From a virus: a DNA stretch of 44,330 bases. Positions 1-6,701 of this stretch are shown in pieces (the first letter of the stretch is position 1; every line of letters begins with the position of its first letter). Made by a program: the position numbers and the translations under genes. Under the pieces are notes generated by a model. It saw only the letters and a program-made list of their open reading frames with translations. It was not told the DNA's origin and did not search any database. The DNA lies in IMG/VR virus record IMGVR_UViG_3300010384_000013. One strand, given 5' to 3'.

Positions 1-55
1 CCTGAAATCGCACTGGAATATAGCTTCCATCGCGGCACTCTCGATGGTCGTCCAG
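1..55. repeat. 55-bp terminal direct repeat, identical to 44276..44330 (contig closure overlap)
   Basis: cctgaaatcgcactggaatatagcttccatcgcggcactctcgatggtcgtccag occurs at both contig ends, base for base. Confidence 0.95.
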
Positions 56-105
56 CATACCGCATCACCTGCGAAGGTTTCGTTCTGGAGGAGGCGCCGC
101 TTTAG
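1..105 (+). CDS. C-terminal part of the junction-spanning hypothetical protein (ORF starts at 44099)
   Basis: The frame of ATG 44099 continues through the 55-bp overlap (44276 = 1) to TAG at 103-105. It ends ...PEIALEYSFHRGTLDGRPAYRITCEGFVLEEAPL. Confidence 0.55.
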   Translation, partial: PEIALEYSFHRGTLDGRPAYRITCEGFVLEEAPL

Positions 106-359
106 CGCTGAAACGGCGATCTGAGATCAGGCACCCGCTCTGTGTTCTGGTGGATGATGATGCCGACGTTCTTGCCTTGGCACTTGGAGCATCGAAGCTT
201 CGGAACAAGCTCTGCGTGCATTGCTCCGTGATCCGGCCCTAGCTTGTCGCGGAGCTTCAGGAGATCGAGATAGGAGTGGTTCCCGCATGTTGGGCGATGG
301 CACCACACGCTGATGCGCTCGCCTTCGTCTATGCGGTTCTGGATGGTGTGGCCCTTCAT
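102..359 (-). CDS. hypothetical protein, possible Cys4 zinc ribbon
   Basis: 85-aa ORF with GC-rich third positions. Two Cys pairs (WCHRPTC ... CSKC). No family recognised. Confidence 0.65.
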   Translation of the reverse strand: MKGHTIQNRIDEGERISVWCHRPTCGNHSYLDLLKLRDKLGPDHGAMHAELVPKLRCSKCQGKNVGIIIHQNTERVPDLRSPFQR

Positions 360-521
360 GGAGAAGGGGTTATAAATGAAAGCGGGCGCTTCGGCCTAGA
401 GGAGTTTTACATCCAGGAAGCCTACTGCCCTAACGAGCCCGAAGCTCTAAAGGTGCGCCCGGTCACTTTATGCCGCAAAAGCTTTGAGGGTTCTACCGCC
501 TCTTCCTTGCCGGAGGAATGA

Positions 522-704
522 TCACAGATCGCCCCTCCGGGGAGGGATCACCTCCAGCTTGCATTTCTGCCCATCCTGCTCCAGCGAGCCGACAAGATAA
601 TTCGCCTCCTCACGATCTTTCGTCCTGAGCAGGATGCGGATGTCGTTCCGTCCGCTCTTCTGCTTCTCGACTATGGAGACTTGATAAGTTGGGCCTTCGC
701 TCAT
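522..704 (-). CDS. hypothetical protein (60 aa from the internal ATG)
   Basis: ATG at 702-704 gives MSEGPTYQVSIVEKQ... The longer 93-aa ORF would read through the tRNA-like element. No clear SD. Confidence 0.45.
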   Translation of the reverse strand: MSEGPTYQVSIVEKQKSGRNDIRILLRTKDREEANYLVGSLEQDGQKCKLEVIPPRRGDL

Positions 705-744
705 GGAGAGCGATATAGCGCGGGGAAGGCTGGGGAGGAAGAAC

Positions 745-768
745 CTGAGGCTCGGGAGTCGAACCCGA
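745..768 (-). other. tRNA-like 3' fragment (T-arm plus 7-nt acceptor-like strand), not a foldable full tRNA
   Basis: The minus strand reads TCGGG-TTCGACT-CCCGA (5-bp stem, canonical T-loop), then GCCTCAG-G with no CCA. I found no complementary 5' acceptor strand, D-arm or anticodon arm upstream. Confidence 0.4.
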
Positions 769-887
769 TCCGGCTTTATCATCCAGGGAGGCGAAGCTCC
801 CAACCGTGAGGGTGCTGTGCTGCCGTTACACCAGCTTCATTGCTGATTTCTATAGCAGAATCCGCGCAGAAATGGTAGGGTTTGCGG

Positions 888-1121
888 ATGGACGACACAC
901 CTATCCCGACCGAATTGCACCATGTCTTGCCGCCGCCGCTTTCTTCGTGGCGAGCCGCCGCGTTTCGCGACAAGCTGGCACTCGTTTCGCCGGACCACGA
1001 GCCGCTTATCGGGTATCAGGTTGATGGGAAGTGGGTCGTAATGAAAATCGACTTCTCCAAGCCGATCGAGACCTACCCCCTCACCATCCACAAAAGCTAC
1101 ATTCTATTCAAAGCAGAATAA
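888..1121 (+). CDS. hypothetical protein
   Basis: ATG at 888 (the ORF track starts at TTG 882). GC-rich third positions and protein-like sequence (MDDTPIPTELHHVL...). It is opposite in strand to its neighbours. Confidence 0.6.
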   Translation: MDDTPIPTELHHVLPPPLSSWRAAAFRDKLALVSPDHEPLIGYQVDGKWVVMKIDFSKPIETYPLTIHKSYILFKAE

Positions 1122-1137
1122 CGGAAAGGATAGGCCA

Positions 1138-1290
1138 TTATCTTTTCGTTCGGGCAAGCTCCTGTAGACGCCTTACCGCCTCCTTCCGCCAGAACAGCCT
1201 TGTCACCTCATCCTCGGCGGCAAATACTGCTCCTGGGTTCCGAAGCGCATGAAGCCAGCGGGCTAATTCGCTGACCTGATCGAAGGTCAC
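1138..1290 (-). CDS. small hypothetical protein (50 aa, below the ORF-track cutoff)
   Basis: GTG at 1290 overlaps the TGA of the upstream gene (GTGA). The helical-looking sequence is VTFDQVSELARWLHALRNPGAVFAAEDEVTRLFWRKEAVRRLQELARTKR. Confidence 0.35.
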   Translation of the reverse strand: MTFDQVSELARWLHALRNPGAVFAAEDEVTRLFWRKEAVRRLQELARTKR

Positions 1291-1502
1291 TTCTGGTGCT
1301 TCGCCAGCCATCTTTGGGTCTCCGAAAAGCGTTCGGCCCTATCGGCATCTATGAGGAGATCGGTGGCCAGGCGCCGGGCTTCATCTGGGGTGAGCGCGGT
1401 CTCGAAGAAGGTTTCCGGGCTATCCGTGGGAACCTTGATCACGACGAGGTGCGGGCGCTCGCTCATGATGACGCGGGGGAGAAACAGGACTCGGCGGCTC
1501 AT
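1287..1502 (-). CDS. hypothetical protein
   Basis: 71-aa ORF. ATG at 1502 overlaps the stop of the 1499..2713 gene (ATGA coupling). Confidence 0.6.
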   Translation of the reverse strand: MSRRVLFLPRVIMSERPHLVVIKVPTDSPETFFETALTPDEARRLATDLLIDADRAERFSETQRWLAKHQK

Positions 1503-2713
1503 GCTGCTACTGTGAACCTATCAACTTCGCCCCGATCCTTGTGAAGCGTGATCGAAACCATATTGCGAGGGCTCTGATACCCCTCCCCCGCGTGCCAGGC
1601 ATCCTTGGCCGCCAATGTGTTGAAGCTCTCGGCCCGAAGCCCACGAAGTGTGTTCACGGCCAGTGCCTTCTCATTGTGGACGTGCCCTGTATACCCATAG
1701 CGGTATTTGGTTTTGCCCCACTGCTCTGGCCAATTGGCCGCTACAAAGCCGGCCATGTCGCCCATCCTAAGCTGATCGCCATGGGTTGCGGCGATCATGC
1801 AGGAGCCGTGCTGGCGCATGTAGAAGCGGGAGGGGCTGGTATCGACGGAGACACGTTCATTTGCCCGAAAATGGGCGGCGACGGCCACGGCGAGCATCAG
1901 GCTGGTTTCGTCGTCGTGATTGCCGGGGAGCTTCCGGTATTCCACGAAGTCATGCTTTTGAAGGGCAAGCTCGATGCACTGGATCACCAGTTCGAAGCCC
2001 ATCTGCACAACCTTGGCATAGCGGGAATCGACATCGAGCGGGTTGCCAGAGCGAGCGGTCTGGTTACGGCTGTTGTCTGCATGGAAATAATCGCCCAGAT
2101 CCAGCACTATGGCGTGACATGAATTGGCTGATCGGGAAACGAGATTGCCCATGCTCGATTTGAGCAGGCTGGAGGCTATCTTGATATCGTAGTCCGCTCC
2201 AGTCTCCTTGGCCCATGAGAACATCCCAAGGTGGAGGTCTGCGATCGGATAGACGGTCAGGAGATCGTCGTTGGTAAATGATGGAGGGGAAATGAGTGGC
2301 GCCGGCTCATAGGATTGTAGCGCATCTTTGATGGCTTCCGAGAGAACGGGGGCATTGCCCTCTCTCGTCTTTACCCATTGCTGGACAGTTCGGCCATCGG
2401 CATCCAGCAGGGCAGATACGCCCTTCACAATATGGCCGTCAGGAACGGCGAACTCCTCTCCGGCTTCACGGGTTTGCTTTACCCATGAATCGCCTTCCTT
2501 GGTGGCTACGGATTTGATTTCGAAGCCAGGTAGCGTCTTGGTAGGCCCCAACATACCCTTGAGCGCTGCGGCCTTTATGCGATTCTGGAATGTGCCTCTG
2601 GCTAAGCCAAGAGCTTCAGCGGCATGGGAGGTATTGCCGTTCGCAGCATTCAAGGCATCGACTGCCTGCCGCGCGAGTTCGTCCGTCAGCTTGGGCTGCG
2701 GCATGCGCGTCAC
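1499..2713 (-). CDS. Fis-type HTH / calcineurin-like metallophosphoesterase fusion protein
   Basis: The N-terminus carries GNTSHAAEALGLARGTFQNRIK (Fis-family HTH pattern). The C-terminal half has the five metallophosphoesterase motifs: DLHLG, GDYFH, GNHD, THGD, GHVHN. Confidence 0.85.
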   Translation of the reverse strand: MTRMPQPKLTDELARQAVDALNAANGNTSHAAEALGLARGTFQNRIKAAALKGMLGPTKTLPGFEIKSVATKEGDSWVKQTREAGEEFAVPDGHIVKGVSALLDADGRTVQQWVKTREGNAPVLSEAIKDALQSYEPAPLISPPSFTNDDLLTVYPIADLHLGMFSWAKETGADYDIKIASSLLKSSMGNLVSRSANSCHAIVLDLGDYFHADNSRNQTARSGNPLDVDSRYAKVVQMGFELVIQCIELALQKHDFVEYRKLPGNHDDETSLMLAVAVAAHFRANERVSVDTSPSRFYMRQHGSCMIAATHGDQLRMGDMAGFVAANWPEQWGKTKYRYGYTGHVHNEKALAVNTLRGLRAESFNTLAAKDAWHAGEGYQSPRNMVSITLHKDRGEVDRFTVAA

Positions 2714-2740
2714 CTCTTGGTTATTAAGGGTGGCGAAAAG

Positions 2741-3187
2741 TCAGGGAATGGAGACGGCCGGCTGCTCTGCCTGCTTGGGCAGCAAGCCTTGGACGGGTGG
2801 CGGGCCGTCGTATTGGACACCACCATCCTGCCCTACGATGGCTTGGATGTTGCCTTGTCCGCCCTCGCCTTCAGCGGCATCCTTGGCCGCCTGCAGTTGA
2901 TTGGCTGCTGTCGCGCTGTAGGGCATTTTGTAATACGTAGGCTGCATATCGCCGGATTTTAGAAGCACGAAGATAGCTACATCGACTTGGATATCGGCGC
3001 CCAGAACGGTGTACTTGCCGGGCTTCGGAGCATGGGGAATCGGCATCCCGAGCGGGACGTAGATTGCGAACGCAGCCAGAGCGACCGCCAGCGGCAAGGA
3101 CAGGGCAGCAAGCCGCCGGCCGGCCATCCACGCGAACAGGCAAAGGACGCAAGCGAGCAACAGCCATGTGCTGGCAAGCAAGATCAT
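2741..3187 (-). CDS. membrane protein with 2 predicted N-terminal TM segments and a periplasmic C-terminal domain
   Basis: 148-aa ORF. Hydrophobic segments are LLASTWLLLACVLCLFAW and LSLPLAVALAAFAIYVPLG. The ATG overlaps the stop of 3184..3723. Confidence 0.75.
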   Translation of the reverse strand: MILLASTWLLLACVLCLFAWMAGRRLAALSLPLAVALAAFAIYVPLGMPIPHAPKPGKYTVLGADIQVDVAIFVLLKSGDMQPTYYKMPYSATAANQLQAAKDAAEGEGGQGNIQAIVGQDGGVQYDGPPPVQGLLPKQAEQPAVSIP

Positions 3188-3723
3188 TGCGCGCTCCTGA
3201 TGGCTTTGAAGACGTGGTTCTCCGACCCGGCGACCAACTTCCCCTGCCCGTCGAGCTTGAAGCGTAGGACGGTACGCTCCTGCTTGGGCCGAATTTCGAG
3301 GCTGGTCTTGTCGAGGAGAGAACCGTTGAGCGATATCTTGACGCTCACGGTGAGCGGTTCCTGAAGGCTGTAGCCGTGCACGTTGATTATGTACTCGCCT
3401 GCCGGCGTTGAGCGCGCGAAGGCATCTTCGCAGTTCGTCGGGCCGTCGTCATTCACAATGCCCATGTCATCGAACAGAAGAGACCATACCGGCCCCGATT
3501 TCCGGCTGTAGCCAATCGCCTTGTCGTCCTTGGGGCCGAATACCCAGAGGTCGACATCGGTAGGGCCGTTGGGCCAGCATGCTTGCACGGCAATGGTGCC
3601 GGGAGGTGGGAGGCTTTCCTCATTCTTGGCAATCGGGTTGATCTGAGCAAGGACGAGCACGACAAGCGCCGTGAGGCCCAGAAGCATGTTCATGAGCAGA
3701 TCACGAACGAGGATTGGCGTCAT
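3184..3723 (-). CDS. ExbD/TolR-like single-pass membrane protein with a beta-sandwich-like periplasmic domain
   Basis: MTPILVRDLLMNMLLGLTALVVLVLA resembles the ExbD/TolR TM (TPfIDvmLvLLiiF) and includes the acidic residue. ATG 3723 overlaps the upstream stop (ATGA). An alternative start at 3756 is possible. Confidence 0.6.
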   Translation of the reverse strand: MTPILVRDLLMNMLLGLTALVVLVLAQINPIAKNEESLPPPGTIAVQACWPNGPTDVDLWVFGPKDDKAIGYSRKSGPVWSLLFDDMGIVNDDGPTNCEDAFARSTPAGEYIINVHGYSLQEPLTVSVKISLNGSLLDKTSLEIRPKQERTVLRFKLDGQGKLVAGSENHVFKAIRSAQ

Positions 3724-4118
3724 TTGCCGATCACCCAGGCGTTGATGCTTATCCAAAGTGCCGCCACAGCCCCCACGAGCGTGCTACAGAAGGCAACACC
3801 CATCCCGGCGAGCAATGACGCCGCGACCTTCTGGACGCCCTCTGCGGAGCCAAGAGAGCCTGTGTCGATGTTCTGGAGGGCAATGATGAAGCCGACGACG
3901 TTGCCGATGAGGCCGAGCGTCACAAGCCACACTTCGGCGCGCTCTAGATGCCCTGTCTTACCAAAGAACACGCCGATCATGGAGGCGACAAACAGCGCCG
4001 AAATCAGGTAGCTTATATGTGAGACATCGTGCGTGAAGACGAAGCCAACATAGCCCAGCCACCAGGCCCAAGCGAGGAAACAGCAGAAGCCGAAGTTGAG
4101 GATTGCGAGCCGGATCAC
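3720..4118 (-). CDS. minimal MotA/TolQ/ExbB-like proton-channel family protein (132 aa, ~4 TM)
   Basis: The C-terminal half is LGLIGNVVGFIIAL...KVAASLLAGMGVAFCSTLVGAVAALWISIN. This parallels the ExbB/TolQ signature GLfGTVwGim...gIaeALlaTaiGLvaAiPa. Start and stop overlap the neighbouring genes. Confidence 0.65.
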   Translation of the reverse strand: MIRLAILNFGFCCFLAWAWWLGYVGFVFTHDVSHISYLISALFVASMIGVFFGKTGHLERAEVWLVTLGLIGNVVGFIIALQNIDTGSLGSAEGVQKVAASLLAGMGVAFCSTLVGAVAALWISINAWVIGK

Positions 4119-4447
4119 GTCGGGTCTCCCTTGCCGGGGCCGAGGTCGGTCCAGTTATCGCCAGTTCCGATCACACATGCGCGACCGGCGGTGTCCACGA
4201 TGACCATGGTCCAACTCTTTCCCTCCGGGGATTCGAAGAGCGTCCAAGCGATCTGGCTTTTCTCACCAGCGAGGCCGGCGGCGGCAGGTTGCTCGTGGAA
4301 TTTCTCCAGCAAAGCGGCCTGGAGCGTCTTGTAGTCGGTACACGCGGCAGGGCCAGCGTTTGCCGGCGACAGCGCCATGACGATGCAAAGGATGAAGAAG
4401 GCGCACAGGACGCAGAACGCAAGTCGCACTCGGGGAGTCATACCCAC
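4115..4447 (-). CDS. secreted or periplasmic small protein (signal peptide)
   Basis: N-terminus RVRLAFCVLCAFFILCIVMALSPANA followed by GPAAC. 110 aa. Its stop overlaps the start of 3720..4118. Confidence 0.75.
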   Translation of the reverse strand: MGMTPRVRLAFCVLCAFFILCIVMALSPANAGPAACTDYKTLQAALLEKFHEQPAAAGLAGEKSQIAWTLFESPEGKSWTMVIVDTAGRACVIGTGDNWTDLGPGKGDPT

Positions 4448-4477
4448 GGCGATATCCTTTCGAGGGAGGGAGGCGGG

Positions 4478-4651
4478 CTAGTCCCGGTCGCGGCCCGATA
4501 GCTTCGCGATGATCTGCACCAACAACCAGGCGCAGCCGAGGATTGGCAGCAAAAGCGCTGCTGTTTGGGAGATGTCAGCCAGCGAGGGCATCCACCAGGG
4601 GGAGACGGCGGCGCCGGCGGCAATCACGTTTGTCACCTTGTCGATGGTCAT
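4478..4651 (-). CDS. small membrane protein (57 aa, below the ORF-track cutoff)
   Basis: GGAGGCGAA precedes the ATG at 4651, which overlaps the o-spanin stop (ATGA). Sequence MTIDKVTNVIAAGAAVSPWWMPSLADISQTAALLLPILGCAWLLVQIIAKLSGRDRD. Confidence 0.5.
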   Translation of the reverse strand: MTIDKVTNVIAAGAAVSPWWMPSLADISQTAALLLPILGCAWLLVQIIAKLSGRDRD

Positions 4652-4908
4652 TTCGCCTCCAGTACGGAGGCAGCTTTCGCCAGCGCTCCATGGCGCTTAG
4701 CGCAGATTGACAATGAGACTCGATCCTTTGCCCAGAGGCGGCTTACCTCGGCTTCAGTCAGATCCCGCTCGGGAATGGTGACGACGCCAGCGCAGGCTTG
4801 CTTGAGCGATTGCGGAATCTTGGCGGTGACAGGCGGCAGGACAGAATGGCGGCTGAAGGAGGCGCAGCCACCGAGGGCGAGCACGGCGCATAGGAGCAAG
4901 GTTCTCAT
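4648..4908 (-). CDS. o-spanin (outer-membrane lipoprotein spanin subunit)
   Basis: Signal peptide with lipobox LALGGC. 86 aa. It lies immediately after, and overlaps, the i-spanin gene. Confidence 0.75.
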   Translation of the reverse strand: MRTLLLCAVLALGGCASFSRHSVLPPVTAKIPQSLKQACAGVVTIPERDLTEAEVSRLWAKDRVSLSICAKRHGALAKAASVLEAK

Positions 4909-5294
4909 CGGCCCACTCCGTTTAGCGCTTTCGCAACACCCTTCGATATCGCCGGCTTCTTGTCTGCGCCAGCGGCGTGGATGGCTTCCTCAAGCGCGCT
5001 CTGCGTATCGGCAAGTTGCCCTTGGATAGAGAGGTATTCGGCTTCGATCTGGTTGATGGCACGCTGGTCGGCGGCGGCTTTGGCGAGCTGTTTGGCTTCG
5101 TCCTCTTCGCGCTGCGCGACCCATGCCGAACGCTCTTTCGCCGCGCCGGCCGTATAACCCTCGTTATAACGGTGCGCTGACCATGCCCAGAAGCCACCCA
5201 CAGCGAGCGCGGCAATCATCGCATAGGAAATCACCGCTGAGAGCATGGAGGACAGCCCTGTGGCCCGCCCTACCCAGAGGATCAAAGCGGCCAT
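4905..5294 (-). CDS. i-spanin (inner-membrane spanin subunit)
   Basis: N-terminal TM (SAVISYAMIAALAVGGFWAW) followed by a charged coiled-coil-like region. Position is between the endolysin and the lipoprotein. Confidence 0.7.
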   Translation of the reverse strand: MAALILWVGRATGLSSMLSAVISYAMIAALAVGGFWAWSAHRYNEGYTAGAAKERSAWVAQREEDEAKQLAKAAADQRAINQIEAEYLSIQGQLADTQSALEEAIHAAGADKKPAISKGVAKALNGVGR

Positions 5295-5398
5295 AGCAGG
5301 ATCAACCCAGCGAGAGCGACGATGCCGACGAGGAACAGGCCGATCTCTGCGGCGTATTCCTCAATGAGGGCGGAGAAGACGGCTTTGAGATTTTCCAT
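5282..5398 (-). CDS. small single-TM protein in the lysis cassette (38 aa)
   Basis: Internal ATG 5398 gives MENLKAVFSALIEEYAAEIGLFLVGIVALAGLILLWPL. The longer 73-aa ORF would overlap the endolysin. Confidence 0.4.
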   Translation of the reverse strand: MENLKAVFSALIEEYAAEIGLFLVGIVALAGLILLWPL

Positions 5399-5433
5399 CA
5401 GCGCAGCCCCCGCAAGCATAGGGCGCGCTCTTC

Positions 5434-5859
5434 CTACCGGCGCTTGGTCAGGCCCGGGAGACGAATTCCGCGCGACTTGTCCCACATCAGCAACGCATCG
5501 CAAGCGCCGCGAAGGTTGCCCTGATTGGCGCGGCTGGCGACGGACGACTTGCAGAAGTTTCCCGTCCCGGCATTGTAGGTGAAGGACAGGAACGCCGCGT
5601 ACGCGTTGTCAGGAATAGTGTCCGGCGAGGCGAGGCATTTGCGCATACCCGTCTCGAACTCGGCCAGCCGGTCAATCAGCATGTCTTTGCATTCGGCCGG
5701 CGTCTTGTGATCGCCCATCTTCACGCCACGGGTTTCCCCGAAGCAGATCGTTGGGATGCCCACCGGATCGCGGTAGGCGTAGGTTCGTAGCCCCTCGAAT
5801 CCAGACACGAGTGCGACGACGGAGGCGGCGAGCGCCCCGCCCTTTTTCATGCGGCTCAT
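5434..5859 (-). CDS. SAR endolysin, GH24 lysozyme family
   Basis: FEGLRTYAYRDPVGIPTICFGET is the lambda R / T4 lysozyme catalytic region. It is preceded by a weakly hydrophobic Gly/Ala-rich N-terminus (GGALAASVVALVSG) typical of signal-anchor-release endolysins. Confidence 0.9.
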   Translation of the reverse strand: MSRMKKGGALAASVVALVSGFEGLRTYAYRDPVGIPTICFGETRGVKMGDHKTPAECKDMLIDRLAEFETGMRKCLASPDTIPDNAYAAFLSFTYNAGTGNFCKSSVASRANQGNLRGACDALLMWDKSRGIRLPGLTKRR

Positions 5860-5868
5860 GGTATTCTC

Positions 5869-6066
5869 CTAGTCGTTTCGGTAGAGGTGCCCGATGCCAG
5901 AGGCGATGGCGAAGAACAGGCCAAGGCCGGCATAGACGAGCGGGGGAATGGGCAGCGTTCCCTCGAACAGGGGCCATACGCTCGCCAGCGCTTCACAGAT
6001 CATCATGAGGACGGCCAGATACGCGGCGTGGAAGCGGACCCGCCTGCCGATGGTCTTCTTGCGCAT
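5869..6066 (-). CDS. holin candidate (65 aa, 2 TM; pinholin-like given the SAR endolysin)
   Basis: ATG 6066 gives MRKKTIGRRVRFHAAYLAVLMMICEALASVWPLFEGTLPIPPLVYAGLGLFFAIASGIGHLYRND, directly upstream of the endolysin. The 198-aa ORF-track version overlaps the fibre gene and looks non-coding at its N-terminus. Confidence 0.6.
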   Translation of the reverse strand: MRKKTIGRRVRFHAAYLAVLMMICEALASVWPLFEGTLPIPPLVYAGLGLFFAIASGIGHLYRND

Positions 6067-6077
6067 TGGCGGCCAGC

Positions 6078-6692
6078 TCAAACTGATATGTAGAGCAGGT
6101 TGAAATTCACCTGCGAGTTGTTGTTGAAGTGGGTGTTGTCGAAATTGGCCCGGGCGCCGCCCGCTGATGGCCAATAGCCGAGGTTGAGAACGGCAGAATT
6201 CGCGCCGATGAAGGAGATCGGAGTCCCAGGAATGCTGGCCATGTTCAGCATCACCGAAATGCTGCCAGCCGTGCCCGTGGCGGTTATATTGGCTGATGTT
6301 ACCGGAAGACCGGTGATGGTGGCCGCCCCGGTGGCTGATCCTTTGTTTGACAGAATTATCGTTCCGGCGATGAGAACAAACGACCCCACTTTGCGGACTA
6401 CCGCAGTATTGAGGGAATAGGTTATGCCAGTTGACGCACCACCGAAGGCAAGCTGCGGTGTCCAACTTGCCGAACCGTCTGTCAGTAGTGCCGCGAGATT
6501 AGCGCTCGATGGCGTAGCCGCAAACGTGTCGAATCCCGACGCCCTGGTAACGCCAGCCCACGATGTCAGCGCGGCGGAGAGCGGCTGGAAGGCCGCTGTT
6601 AACCACTTCAGTAATTCATTGCGCCAGTCAGCGCTAAAAATACTTGGTGCTGGCATTGTGAGACTCTTGTAAGGGCCGTCCGGCAAGCGCAC
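6078..6692 (-). CDS. tail-fibre-associated protein (hypothetical)
   Basis: Gly/Ser/Thr/Ala-rich beta-type sequence, last gene of the fibre cluster. The start is uncertain (GTG 6692 or ATG 6656). Confidence 0.7.
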   Translation of the reverse strand: MRLPDGPYKSLTMPAPSIFSADWRNELLKWLTAAFQPLSAALTSWAGVTRASGFDTFAATPSSANLAALLTDGSASWTPQLAFGGASTGITYSLNTAVVRKVGSFVLIAGTIILSNKGSATGAATITGLPVTSANITATGTAGSISVMLNMASIPGTPISFIGANSAVLNLGYWPSAGGARANFDNTHFNNNSQVNFNLLYISV

Positions 6693-6701
6693 ATTCTATT
6701 C

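Noticed and set aside
1-55. Biological direct terminal repeat or cos end
   Set aside because: It is an exact 55-bp duplication only at the contig ends, with an ORF running through. It is more simply explained as an assembly overlap of a circular or permuted genome. It cannot be settled without reads.
522-803. 93-aa version of the ORF, and alternatively a complete tRNA gene at about 745-835
   Set aside because: The N-terminal 33 aa would be encoded by the tRNA-like element. Conversely, no acceptor, D or anticodon arms could be folded, so neither the long CDS nor a full tRNA is supported.
5869-6465. 198-aa ORF-track version of the holin gene
   Set aside because: The first ~130 aa overlap the fibre-associated gene 6078..6692 and are His/Arg/Gln-rich nonsense. 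The internal ATG at 6066 gives a typical 2-TM holin-sized protein.
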